Assembly: GCA_964527235.1 (NCBI GenBank)
Contig: CAZGNC010000001.1
Span: 83,220-147,219 of the forward strand
DNA length: 64,000 bases
Source of the DNA: an uncultured Candidatus Saccharibacteria bacterium
GTDB taxonomy: Bacteria > Patescibacteriota > Minisyncoccia > Phycocordibacterales > UBA9973
Direction of reading: 5' to 3'
Shown here: piece after piece, positions 48,322-58,053 of the stretch
Layout: each line of letters starts with the position of its first letter
How positions within the stretch are numbered: the first letter of the stretch is position 1
The notes under the pieces: model-generated
Told to the model about the DNA's origin: nothing
Databases searched by the model: none
What the model saw: only the letters and a program-made list of their open reading frames with translations
Program-made: the position numbers and the translations under genes

Positions 48322-49270
48322 AAAAACTATATTGATAACAGGGGGAGCTGGGTTCATTGGTAGTAATTTTTTAAATATCTGGGTAAAAAAATACCCTGAT
48401 TATTTTTTTGTAAATATTGATTCTCTAACGTATGCCTCTGATATGTCTAACGTCTTGGTTGAGAAGATGGAAAATTATAATTTCCAGAAGATGGATATTA
48501 GAGATTTTAATTCTCTAGATCTTTTATTCAAAGAGTTTAATTTTACAGATATAATAAATTTTGCCGCGGAGAGTCATGTGGATGTTAGTATTGATAATCC
48601 TAAGATATTTTTAGAGACTAATATTGTTGGGACATACAATCTGCTTGAACTAGCTCGAAAGTACAATATAAAAAGGTTTTACCAGATATCTACTGATGAG
48701 GTTTACGGTTCTCTTGCGATAGATGATAAGCCCTTCACTACAGATTCCATTTTGAATCCTAGTAGCCCATATAGCGCAAGTAAGGCAAGTGCTGACATGT
48801 TGGTCTCTGCCTATCATAAAACCTATGGCCTGGATACTGTTATTTCTAGAAGCACTAATAACTACGGCCCCAATCAAGATAATTCTAAATTCATACCTAA
48901 ATTTATTGAGAATTTAATAAAAGGGGAGAAAGTTCCTTTGTATTCAAATGGTCAGCATGTACGTGATTGGATATATGTGTTAGATCATGTGGAAGCTATT
49001 GATGTTGTATTTCATCGTGGTATTTCGGGCGGTGTGTATAACATAGGTTCTAATCAAGAATTTACGAATAGGGAAGTCGTCAATAAACTTCTAGAGTTGT
49101 CTGGGCGAGATGAGTCGTACATAGATAATGTGCCTGACCGCTTGGGGCATGATTTTCGTTATGCATTAGACACCAAAGAAATGTTTGAAGAATTTGGTTG
49201 GCAAGCGCGTACTAGTTTTATTGAAGGCATACAAAAGACATTTGATTTCTATAAGGAGAAGCGTGTTTAA
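48311..49270 (+). CDS. rmlB: dTDP-glucose 4,6-dehydratase
   Basis: TGGAGFIG, FAAESHVD, STDEVYG, YSASK, NNYGP, DRLGHDFRY. Confidence 0.95.
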   Translation: MTYKKTILITGGAGFIGSNFLNIWVKKYPDYFFVNIDSLTYASDMSNVLVEKMENYNFQKMDIRDFNSLDLLFKEFNFTDIINFAAESHVDVSIDNPKIFLETNIVGTYNLLELARKYNIKRFYQISTDEVYGSLAIDDKPFTTDSILNPSSPYSASKASADMLVSAYHKTYGLDTVISRSTNNYGPNQDNSKFIPKFIENLIKGEKVPLYSNGQHVRDWIYVLDHVEAIDVVFHRGISGGVYNIGSNQEFTNREVVNKLLELSGRDESYIDNVPDRLGHDFRYALDTKEMFEEFGWQARTSFIEGIQKTFDFYKEKRV

Positions 49271-49273
49271 ACT

Positions 49274-49663
49274 ATGAAGACGCAACTTTATCAAACAATT
49301 CGGTATGTCTTAGCTGGAGCGACAGGGGCTGGGATAAATTTCTTGATTTACTTTATACTTCTTAGGTTTTTAAATGTATGGTATGTTCTGGCGTCCATTG
49401 TTTCATTTACCCTCTCTCTTTTTGCAGGTTTTTATTTACAAAAACATTTCACTTTTCGTAATTTCTCTAGTCATAATATTAAAAATCAAATGGCGCAATA
49501 TTATGCTTTTTCTGTTTTAAATTTAGTTATCAATGTTGCAATCTTAGCTTTCTTGGTGGAGATAATAATGATGGGTAAAGTTATATCTAAGGTTATTACC
49601 CTAATTATAATCTCTCTCTGGAGTTATTTTATTTATCAAAAGATTATATTTAAAAACCCTTAG
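49274..49663 (+). CDS. GtrA family flippase-like protein
   Basis: 129 aa, 4 TM helices, RYVLAG...FYLQKHFTF. Confidence 0.9.
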   Translation: MKTQLYQTIRYVLAGATGAGINFLIYFILLRFLNVWYVLASIVSFTLSLFAGFYLQKHFTFRNFSSHNIKNQMAQYYAFSVLNLVINVAILAFLVEIIMMGKVISKVITLIIISLWSYFIYQKIIFKNP

Positions 49664-50613
49664 ATTGTATTATTACGAGCCATTTGTGTCAGCTCTTGAA
49701 CTCGCAGTCCATCTTCGAAAGAAGGGGTCATTTGTTGGCCGTTCTGACATGCCTTTATAAATCTTTTTGCCAAAATTCTAATTATTTTTACTCGCTGGTC
49801 TTCGTTTCCTACCTGTTTGTCTCTTTTTGTCTTTAGTATTTTGATTTTTTTACCATTTAATTGTGTTGATATTTGGAAATTATCCACTACGCTATTTTGA
49901 GTTGATAATATTATAGTGCCTTTCTCGCACTCAAATACTAGTTTATGTTCTATTAAGTTTGGGTGTACACATGATACGTGCACATCTCCAATAACCCCGT
50001 TTTTGAATTGGATAGATAGATCCACAGTTGTTTCTGCATACCTTGGTCTATCTTTAGGATAAGTAAGTTTAGCCTTTATGGTTTTTATTGGACCTGCAAA
50101 ATGTTCTAGGTAGTAAAGTCCATGAGAGAAATAAAAAGACAACACCCCGCCTCCTTCTTGTGTGTTATTTTTCCAGGAGTATTGGCTGTTTTTTATACTA
50201 TTAGCTAGCCATGCCCAATTCACTGAGATTTTCTTTAATTTGCCAAATTTTTTTGTGTCTAAGAGTTCTTTAACTTTTCTCCATTCTGCAATTTCAGGAA
50301 ATTCAAAATCTACACAAGTTATAATTTTATGTTTTCTAGCAAGTTTGGCTAGTGATTTACCTTGAGCTAGGTTTGCTGATAAGGGTTTTTCTGCGAATAC
50401 GTGTAGGCCCTGACTCAGAGCTTTTTGGGCGATATTGTATTGTTGACTCGGAGGTACCGCTATTGCTACTGCATCTAGGGATTTATTTTTTAATACATCT
50501 ACCCATTCGTGTCCAGGGAAAACTCCAACTACTTCACAATCTTTCAGCGAGCTGAATGCTGGCAGTAGTCCTATTTTACCAAAATTTGAACCGATGATAG
50601 CTAGGCGTATCAT
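49660..50613 (-). CDS. Gfo/Idh/MocA oxidoreductase
   Basis: LAIIGS, HVFAEKP, GGGVL, PSFEDG. Confidence 0.9.
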   Translation of the reverse strand: MIRLAIIGSNFGKIGLLPAFSSLKDCEVVGVFPGHEWVDVLKNKSLDAVAIAVPPSQQYNIAQKALSQGLHVFAEKPLSANLAQGKSLAKLARKHKIITCVDFEFPEIAEWRKVKELLDTKKFGKLKKISVNWAWLANSIKNSQYSWKNNTQEGGGVLSFYFSHGLYYLEHFAGPIKTIKAKLTYPKDRPRYAETTVDLSIQFKNGVIGDVHVSCVHPNLIEHKLVFECEKGTIILSTQNSVVDNFQISTQLNGKKIKILKTKRDKQVGNEDQRVKIIRILAKRFIKACQNGQQMTPSFEDGLRVQELTQMARNNTI

Positions 50614-51893
50614 TTTATGCTTGAATTTTTTATTATTCTAAAATTAGGCAATGGTATAACGAAATCTGATTTTAACCCAGCTCTTTTCAGTCTTGTGGTT
50701 ATGACTTCTTGGTAGTGCCAAGAAAGTATCACCACAAAGTCGGGTTGGTCCTTGAAAAGTATTTTTTCCTTCACTATAGGTATGTGTTTGCCAGGAAGAT
50801 ACATGCCTAGTTTTAGTGAATTATGTAGTTCAGCTAGGTAGGGCATTAATTCCTTATCTACACCGTAGTAATTTAATAATGTAGATGCGCGTCCCGGACA
50901 TGATTTCCCAACTACAGTTTTACCAGACTTTTTTGCGTTTATTATGAAACTCATGAAATCTAGACGAGCTTTTTTTACTTTTTGTGCAAATTCTCGATAA
51001 GTTTCAATTCGTTCTAGGCCAGCATCCTTTTCTAGTTTTAGTAGATTCTTTACATTTTCACTAACTGGTCTGTTCTTACCTTTCATTACATGGATTCTAA
51101 TATTACCACCATACCTACTTCCTCGTTCTACATCCGTTACGGTGAAGTCATATTGGTCAAAAAGCACAACAAGAGATTTCAGTGAATAAGTTCTTAGATG
51201 TTCGTGGTATATAGTATCAAACTGAACTTCCTTTATTACATCCATAAGATAGTGTGTTTCAGAAATGAATACTCCGTCATCTTCTAGTAAGTTATAAACA
51301 CCCATGATTACTTCACCCAATGTCTGTATGTGGGCGAAGACGTTTGTGGTAGTTATAATCTTCGCCCTACCATATTTTTCTAATATTTCTTTTGATGTGT
51401 CTATGTCAAAAAATTTCTGCAACGTTTTTATCCCATGCTTGTTAGCATATTTAGCCATGTTTGTAGGTTCTATTCCTAGTGTTTTTATCCCTTTTGATTT
51501 AAAGCCACTAAGTAACGTGCCGTCGTTGGATCCTATATCTATAACTAGGTCGTTTTTATTCAGAGAGTATCTTTCTGTTAAAGAATTTGCAATATCTTTC
51601 TGGTACACAACTAGTGGCTTGGATATGCCAGTACGGTAGGGGTATTCTGGATAATAAACTTCTCCTCCATCAACACAGTAGTCAATTTGGATCAAGGTAC
51701 ATTTTTCACACCACATCATGTGTAGTGGGTAAGTTTTCTCAGGGGTGTTTAAAGTCTTGTTTGTTAACAGGCTGTCGCAAGGTGGCTGGTGGCCCAAATC
51801 TAGTATGAGTCGGAGTTTATCATTGGCACATACTTGGCACTTATTTATCGGGCCTGTCTTTATTGAGTGGTGTCGAGGATATTTCAGCTTCAT
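50610..51893 (-). CDS. NDP-sugar C-methyltransferase (Zn-binding, class I SAM-dependent)
   Basis: CQVC...C..C zinc site, DIGSNDG, NVFAH, FDTIYHEH, GMYLPGKHIPI as in EryBIII/TylCIII/NovU-type enzymes. Confidence 0.88.
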   Translation of the reverse strand: MKLKYPRHHSIKTGPINKCQVCANDKLRLILDLGHQPPCDSLLTNKTLNTPEKTYPLHMMWCEKCTLIQIDYCVDGGEVYYPEYPYRTGISKPLVVYQKDIANSLTERYSLNKNDLVIDIGSNDGTLLSGFKSKGIKTLGIEPTNMAKYANKHGIKTLQKFFDIDTSKEILEKYGRAKIITTTNVFAHIQTLGEVIMGVYNLLEDDGVFISETHYLMDVIKEVQFDTIYHEHLRTYSLKSLVVLFDQYDFTVTDVERGSRYGGNIRIHVMKGKNRPVSENVKNLLKLEKDAGLERIETYREFAQKVKKARLDFMSFIINAKKSGKTVVGKSCPGRASTLLNYYGVDKELMPYLAELHNSLKLGMYLPGKHIPIVKEKILFKDQPDFVVILSWHYQEVITTRLKRAGLKSDFVIPLPNFRIIKNSSIK

Positions 51894-51996
51894 ATGGTTG
51901 TGTCTATTTAATCACGTTATCGTATAATTTACAAATTAAATATTTTATTAAAACCATAGCTTCCTTTTTTTAATAATCATTGTTATAATTCACCCC

Positions 51997-52380
51997 ATGA
52001 GGAAATTAAACATAATTCTAGTTCTTCTTATAGTTGTTTTGAGTGCAACAACTTTTTATTTTTACAGGAATAGTCAAATTTCTAAAGGTCCTGGATCAAA
52101 AACTATTGATCAAACTGAAGCCAAAGCCCTATCTGACAAAGTGGGGAAATTAATAATGTTACCTTCGGATGAAATTCCTACAATCGCGACCGTTTCAGAC
52201 CCTGAGGCTCTCAAAGATCAGTCTTTCTTTGTTGATGCAAAGAAGGGTGACAAGGTTCTGATATATTCAAATGCCAAAAAGGCAATCCTTTATGACCCAG
52301 TAGCCAACAAGATCATAACAGTTGCCCCTCTTGATACTAAAAACCAAAATCCAAATTCTACCCAATCCGGAACTCCATAA
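51997..52380 (+). CDS. Hypothetical single-TM protein, paralog A
   Basis: VGKLIMLP..E.PTIATV....L....FF..AKKGD.VLIYSNAKKAILYDP, shared with the next gene. Confidence 0.8.
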   Translation: MRKLNIILVLLIVVLSATTFYFYRNSQISKGPGSKTIDQTEAKALSDKVGKLIMLPSDEIPTIATVSDPEALKDQSFFVDAKKGDKVLIYSNAKKAILYDPVANKIITVAPLDTKNQNPNSTQSGTP

Positions 52381-52433
52381 TAATTGACTTTTGTAGTTGT
52401 ATTTCTGAAATAGAACTATGTTATAATATTTAA

Positions 52434-52874
52434 ATGAGAAAGTTTGCCTGGGAGCATCTTCCGTTGATTTTGGTGTTTTTGCTCGTTGTTGTGGGCTCTT
52501 TGACTGAATATTTTTATGAAAATGATGTCGTGTATGAGAACCCCAATTTAATTGCTGAAAGTCAGGTCAGTGTTTATACAGAAAAGATTGGTAGGCTGGT
52601 GTTTCTACCAAAGGATGAGATACCAAGTGTTGCCACAGTGTCTGAGCCAGAACTTCTAAATAATCAGATATTTTTCGCAGAAGCGAAGAAGGGATATATA
52701 GTGCTTATTTATTCAAACGCAAAGAAGGCTATATTGTATGACCCAATAGCAGACAAAATTATTGCCATGGCTTCAGTCAATATAGGTGATGTAGAGCAAT
52801 CAGCTGAAATGTTGCCGGATTTACAGCCTGGGCAATTTAAAGAGTCAGACACGACAACAGAGAATCAATTTTAG
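52434..52874 (+). CDS. Hypothetical single-TM protein, paralog B
   Basis: Same core domain as 51997-52380. Confidence 0.8.
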   Translation: MRKFAWEHLPLILVFLLVVVGSLTEYFYENDVVYENPNLIAESQVSVYTEKIGRLVFLPKDEIPSVATVSEPELLNNQIFFAEAKKGYIVLIYSNAKKAILYDPIADKIIAMASVNIGDVEQSAEMLPDLQPGQFKESDTTTENQF

Positions 52875-52890
52875 ATTAAAATATTTATTC

Positions 52891-53967
52891 ATGCGATTTT
52901 TAGATCTTAAAAAATATTTTCCAGAAACCATACTCATCGTATTTTTTCTATTGTTCGGTGTTGCTTACTTTGCAAGTGCAGAGACTCTGACTAGTACGAA
53001 TTTTATTATCAAAGATCCAGTGATAGGCACAGGAGGGGGCTACGGATCTTCTGCTAGTTTTCAATTGCTTTCTGAGGGTGATAAAGTTTTGACCGGAGCA
53101 GGCTCATCTACTTCTTTTATTGGGCATTATGGATTTTTATATTATCCATTCATTACTGAAGCTGTGCTTACCGCCGTTGCCAATGGTTCTGATGGCGACC
53201 TGACTTGGACTGCCTCTGATGCTGGACAAGGCTGGACTGTATCAGGCTACAACGTGGGTAAGGCGACAGCACCTGGCGGTCCTTATACTTACATTGATGT
53301 CGGCAATGTGTTGCTTTATAGTTATGACAATCTTGCACCCGGGGATTACTGCTTTGTGGTGCAGACTTATGATGTGTTTGATTATGTGATTGCTACATCT
53401 AATGAAGACTGTATAACGATATTACCCACCATTGTTTTCGACTTAGACACTGAGGCTGGCGGTGGCACAGGAGAATCTTCTACTCCATATAGTGTAGGTT
53501 TGGGAGTTATCTCGACCTCAGACACCCGTGTCTCTGGAACTACCGATGGCATACAGATGATTGTCGCTGAAGGAGAGACAAATGCTACGAGTGGCGTGGT
53601 AGTCACTGTGCGTAATACGAATGGTGCAAATGGTCTGGCTTCCACCTCAGTGCCTGCTGATGATATCGATAGTGCTGATGGCACCATGGCTGATGGCACA
53701 GAGAACTATGGTTTATGTGTGGCGACTGCAGGACTTACTGGGTTTGCTCGATCTTCACCTTACAATTCTGGTACTTGTGCGACCGATTCCGAAACCAATG
53801 ACATTCAGGGTTTGACTTCAGTGGGGGAGAATATATTAAATTCTGCGACGGTACCGATGGTGGGAGGTCATGCTGAGATTATAGTCAATGGCGCCATTAG
53901 CAACATCACTCCTGCTCATTCGGATTACACCGACACCTTAACTTTCATTGCGACCAGCACATTTTAG
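52891..53967 (+). CDS. Secreted FN3 plus pilin/WxL-like C-terminal domain protein
   Basis: Signal peptide ending ASA; FN3-like segment; C-terminal domain ending HSDYTDTLTFIATSTF, shared with the next gene. Confidence 0.7.
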   Translation: MRFLDLKKYFPETILIVFFLLFGVAYFASAETLTSTNFIIKDPVIGTGGGYGSSASFQLLSEGDKVLTGAGSSTSFIGHYGFLYYPFITEAVLTAVANGSDGDLTWTASDAGQGWTVSGYNVGKATAPGGPYTYIDVGNVLLYSYDNLAPGDYCFVVQTYDVFDYVIATSNEDCITILPTIVFDLDTEAGGGTGESSTPYSVGLGVISTSDTRVSGTTDGIQMIVAEGETNATSGVVVTVRNTNGANGLASTSVPADDIDSADGTMADGTENYGLCVATAGLTGFARSSPYNSGTCATDSETNDIQGLTSVGENILNSATVPMVGGHAEIIVNGAISNITPAHSDYTDTLTFIATSTF

Positions 53968-53970
53968 TAG

Positions 53971-53979
53971 TTATCCACA
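53971..53979 (+). promoter_or_regulatory. DnaA box upstream of the surface-subunit operon
   Basis: Perfect TTATCCACA. Confidence 0.55.
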
Positions 53980-54067
53980 GAGGCATTTTATACTGTGAAA
54001 GTATTATATAGTATAATTAAGGCATAATTTATTAACAAAATTTTAATTTATTAATTAATATAAAAAT

Positions 54068-55225
54068 ATGATAAAGAAATTAGGTAGTTTGTCTTTCGCC
54101 AAGTTCGTTAGCGGTTTCACTATATTGGCTATACTCACAGTTATGGCTGCTCCACAGCCAGCACAAGCTGCGTCAGTCACTAGTGCCAAGGCTACATTTG
54201 GTAGACTGAAGGCAAGTACTGCCAATGAATACGGCACCATTGAATTCGCTACTCCCACAGGCATACAGACTGGAGGTGCTGATACCATAAGCTTTACTTT
54301 CAGTGCTGACTTTACTCTAGCTGCTGAGTCCGCAAACAACTTCGACATAGAGCTTGGAGACAGTGCTACTTGTTCTTCTGCTGTTTATACCGATGAAGTT
54401 GTTGCGTTGACTGCTTCGGCTACAGATTGGGGAGTGGATGTGACTGGCAATGTGATAACTCTTTCTCCTGAAACTGACCAGACTCTTACAGCAGGATTCT
54501 GTATGAGACTTGTTTGGGGTACAGCTGCTACAACTGGAGCTACTGGTTCTGCGAGTACTATAACTAACGGAGCTGCAGACGATGATGACACGATAGTTAT
54601 CGGTGGAGTTTTTGGTGATTCAGGAACTATTACAGTAGACATAATCGACGATGATCAAGTTACAGTTACTGCAACAGTAAACCAGAGTATTACTTTCGAC
54701 CTAGACACCTCTGTGGCTGATGGCGAAACATCTACTCCTTACTCTGTTGCTTTGGGCACAATAACAGTAACCGATACAAGAGTTTCTGGAAGCACTGATT
54801 CTGTTAATATGATTATTGCTGAGTTAGACACAAACGCTTCTGGCGGTGCTGTGGTGACTGTAAGAAATGCTAATGGTGCCAACGGCCTAGCTTCTACTTC
54901 AGTGCCAGCAGACAACATAGGTAGTGCAGATGGTACCATAGCAGATGGCACTGAGAACTATGGTCTGTGTGTTATGTCAGTAACGCAAACTGCTGGTACT
55001 CTAGCAAAAGCGTCTCCATATAACGCTGGAACATGTGCAACTAACTCTGAGACCAACGACATACAAGGCTTAACTACTACTGGAGAAAATATTTTAAACT
55101 CTTCTTCTGCTCCTATCGCAGGAGGACATGCTGAGATCGCAGTTAACGCTGCTATCTCTGGGGTTACAGTAGCGCATTCTGATTACACTGACACTCTGAC
55201 TTTCGTTGCGACCGGAACTTTCTAG
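54068..55225 (+). CDS. Secreted acidic pilin/WxL-like surface subunit
   Basis: Signal peptide ending AQA; V.VTATV.QSITF strand; ends HSDYTDTLTFVATGTF. Confidence 0.7.
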   Translation: MIKKLGSLSFAKFVSGFTILAILTVMAAPQPAQAASVTSAKATFGRLKASTANEYGTIEFATPTGIQTGGADTISFTFSADFTLAAESANNFDIELGDSATCSSAVYTDEVVALTASATDWGVDVTGNVITLSPETDQTLTAGFCMRLVWGTAATTGATGSASTITNGAADDDDTIVIGGVFGDSGTITVDIIDDDQVTVTATVNQSITFDLDTSVADGETSTPYSVALGTITVTDTRVSGSTDSVNMIIAELDTNASGGAVVTVRNANGANGLASTSVPADNIGSADGTIADGTENYGLCVMSVTQTAGTLAKASPYNAGTCATNSETNDIQGLTTTGENILNSSSAPIAGGHAEIAVNAAISGVTVAHSDYTDTLTFVATGTF

Positions 55226-55249
55226 TACCAATAACTTAATTTTTGGATA

Positions 55250-56281
55250 ATGAAAAACCACTCAAATTGCAGAGTATTGCTAACACTTTTCACGATAATA
55301 ACACTCGGCATTTGTTTGTATCCGGGAAACGCTGATGCGATAACCATAACTCCAACTCGCTTTGAGGTGAGTGGCAACCCAGGAGAAACTCTAAGCTATG
55401 AGATACTACTTATAAACGAAACTGAATCCTCAGAAACTTTTTACCCTTCGTTTTCAAACTTTGAAGCTCAAGGGGACACTGGTAGCCCTGCTTTCACTGA
55501 GCCTACTGATGATCTAGGAACTTGGATGTCGGCCGACATGTCGTCGGTGTATCTTGCACCAAGACAGCAGAAGATAGTTCCATTTAAAATTCAAATACCT
55601 AAAGATGCAGAACCAGGAGGGCATTTTGCTGTGATATTCTGGGGTACTTCTCCTCCCAATGGAGCTCCTGGTGTCGCAGTTGGTGCCAAGACTGGAGTTC
55701 TTGTCCTTCTTTCTGTGAATGGAGATGTTCGAGAGGAGGCGGGGTTGTTGGATTTCAATACTAAAGATAAAAAGTTTTTCTATAAGACCTTACCAGTTTC
55801 CTTTGAATATAGATTGAGAAATGACGGAGGAGACAGAATAAAACCAAATGGTGTTATAAAAGTAAGAAACACTTTCTTCTTGCCATCTGAGAAATTAGAT
55901 GCAAACCCTGTACAGGGAAACGTCTTACCAAGCAGTACACGAAAGTTCAAGATTGATTGGGTTGAATATGAAAGAGCTCTAGATTATGTGCCACCTACTG
56001 GAGTATTCAAGAAATTCTGGAGTGAGACAGTCTATCAATGGAGAAACTTCGCAGTTGGCTTGTATTCAGCAAATCTAAACATAGAATACGGTACGCAAGG
56101 CGCTAAAGCTAAAAGCACATCTTTCTTCTTTGTCTTTCCTTGGCAACTTGTATCAGTGTTGTTACTAATATTTATTATAGTCTTCTGGGGTGGTAAGAAA
56201 ATTATCAGACGCTACAATAGATTTATAATCGAGAAGGCAAGGGCTGGTATGCATTTACCGTCCGATTCTTCTCATGTCTAA
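55250..56281 (+). CDS. DUF916-like (WxL-interacting/chaperone-like) membrane-anchored protein
   Basis: ITITPTRFE...PG...INET; IPKDAEPGGH; NDG...P.G; C-terminal PW-TM anchor. Confidence 0.7.
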   Translation: MKNHSNCRVLLTLFTIITLGICLYPGNADAITITPTRFEVSGNPGETLSYEILLINETESSETFYPSFSNFEAQGDTGSPAFTEPTDDLGTWMSADMSSVYLAPRQQKIVPFKIQIPKDAEPGGHFAVIFWGTSPPNGAPGVAVGAKTGVLVLLSVNGDVREEAGLLDFNTKDKKFFYKTLPVSFEYRLRNDGGDRIKPNGVIKVRNTFFLPSEKLDANPVQGNVLPSSTRKFKIDWVEYERALDYVPPTGVFKKFWSETVYQWRNFAVGLYSANLNIEYGTQGAKAKSTSFFFVFPWQLVSVLLLIFIIVFWGGKKIIRRYNRFIIEKARAGMHLPSDSSHV

Positions 56282-57167
56282 TTCTTTTAAATTTTATCTT
56301 GTTTTTTCTTTAGCTCTATTTGTTTCTTGTTTTTGCGTTAGAGTTGTTTTGGCACAAACTGGACCAGTTACTGAGAATGTGAATGTAACTGCCAGGGTTG
56401 GCGAGGAAGTAGTAGTCACTCCTGGAGGCCCTAGCGGGGGTAGTGTGGCTTCGCCAGCTACTGCGGTGAGATTTTCTGGACAGGCTTACCCTAACGCAAG
56501 TGTTAAGCTTTTAAAGTGGGGTCAAGAACAGGTGGAAGTGTTTGCAGATCAAAACGGAAATTTCTCTATTACGTTGCCAGAATATTATGATGCTAGTGTG
56601 CTTTACTCGCTTACCGCTGAGGATATATTCGGGAACAGGTCTCTAATAATCAACTATCCTCTGGTTGTTAAGGTTGGCTTTGTTACGCATCTAAGTGGTG
56701 TGCGATTTGCTCCAACAATAGTGACAGATAAAACTGAAGTTAAATCCGGAGACTATTTAACGGTTAGCGGCTATGCATTACCAAGTCAGAATATGGAAAT
56801 ATTAGTAGATGGGGCAGCGAAGCGTAATTTTTCCTTAGTTTCAAATTCTGATGGAACTTACAAGATAGTCTTACCACTCTCTCTCTTGCCGAAAGGTGAA
56901 TACACAGTTTCTATACACTATATAAACGATGATCGATTTAGTAAATTAGTAAAATTTATAATAGGTGAGTTGAATATTCTTAATGCTGACATATTACTAA
57001 ACATTCCGGGGGATTGTAATACTGATAAAATAATAAACTTAGTTGATTTCTCAGTGCTAGCATTCTGGTATGGTAAACCCAATCCGCCTGTGTGTGTTGA
57101 TACGAATGCAGACAAGAAAATCGACTTGATAGACTTCTCAATATTAGCTTTTTATTGGACTGGATAA
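56274..57167 (+). CDS. Secreted Ig-like protein with C-terminal dockerin (duplicated EF-hand-like) domain
   Basis: GDCNTDKIINLVDFSVL...DTNADKKIDLIDFSILAFYWTG. Confidence 0.8.
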   Translation: MSNSFKFYLVFSLALFVSCFCVRVVLAQTGPVTENVNVTARVGEEVVVTPGGPSGGSVASPATAVRFSGQAYPNASVKLLKWGQEQVEVFADQNGNFSITLPEYYDASVLYSLTAEDIFGNRSLIINYPLVVKVGFVTHLSGVRFAPTIVTDKTEVKSGDYLTVSGYALPSQNMEILVDGAAKRNFSLVSNSDGTYKIVLPLSLLPKGEYTVSIHYINDDRFSKLVKFIIGELNILNADILLNIPGDCNTDKIINLVDFSVLAFWYGKPNPPVCVDTNADKKIDLIDFSILAFYWTG

Positions 57168-57168
57168 T

Positions 57169-58053
57169 ATGAATAAATATTTACGATACTTTTTTATAGG
57201 AATTATTTTTTTTCTCAGTCCTCTAGCCACCATACTAGCAGCGGAGGTTTCTTTCGATGCACCGAAGCAAGTATACTTAGGTGAAGTTTTTAATGTTCCG
57301 GTAAATGTGGACAGTGGTGGGGTAATGATTAATTCTGTTGATTTGTCTATAGATTTCAATGAAGATATGATTGTTTTTTCAGGCTATAAGAGTGATGACG
57401 GAATTGTGAAGCTATGGGTTAAATCCCCAACTGACGAGAATGGTGTGCTCAAAATGAGTGGGATTATTCCTGGTGGAGTGTCAGGCCTGTATGATCCTAA
57501 AGAGAGTGGATTAAGAGCCGTGCCAGTGGTAAGTTTAATTTTCACTGCAAATAAGACTGGCAATGCCGAATTTTATTTTACAGATTCTAAAGTTTTCAAA
57601 CATGATGGTAAGGGTACTGAGATTGAACATCAACGATCTAGCGCTTCAGTCACGATTGTAGATGATCCAGATTCTGATCCTAGTATCGTTAAAGATATAA
57701 ATATTACTGATACTGATAAACCAGAGCCCTTCGAGATGGTTTTCCTAAATTCAGCATTCTTTGGTCGCACACCTTCTATGATTATTTTTGAAACTACTGA
57801 CAAAACTTCTGGGGTTAAGGAGTTTCGCATGAAGGCTGTAGGTGATACATGGTTTACGGTAAAAAGTCCGTATCCTGTGTCTAAAGGTCTTTTCCCTAGG
57901 AGTGTGGTTGTTAGGGCTTATGATTTTTATGATAATTTTCAAGAAAGTTCTGTGAGAGTGCCAGGCATCATGGGTTCGAAGTTCTTCTGGGGCTTTGTTG
58001 TCTGGTTGTTGTTTTGTTTGGGAGTATATAAAGTGTTAAAATATAAATCATGA
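57169..58053 (+). CDS. Cohesin-domain membrane-anchored protein
   Basis: GEVFNVPVNVDS..VMINSV...F...LW...G.IPGG...DG.GT; C-terminal TM. Confidence 0.7.
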   Translation: MNKYLRYFFIGIIFFLSPLATILAAEVSFDAPKQVYLGEVFNVPVNVDSGGVMINSVDLSIDFNEDMIVFSGYKSDDGIVKLWVKSPTDENGVLKMSGIIPGGVSGLYDPKESGLRAVPVVSLIFTANKTGNAEFYFTDSKVFKHDGKGTEIEHQRSSASVTIVDDPDSDPSIVKDINITDTDKPEPFEMVFLNSAFFGRTPSMIIFETTDKTSGVKEFRMKAVGDTWFTVKSPYPVSKGLFPRSVVVRAYDFYDNFQESSVRVPGIMGSKFFWGFVVWLLFCLGVYKVLKYKS

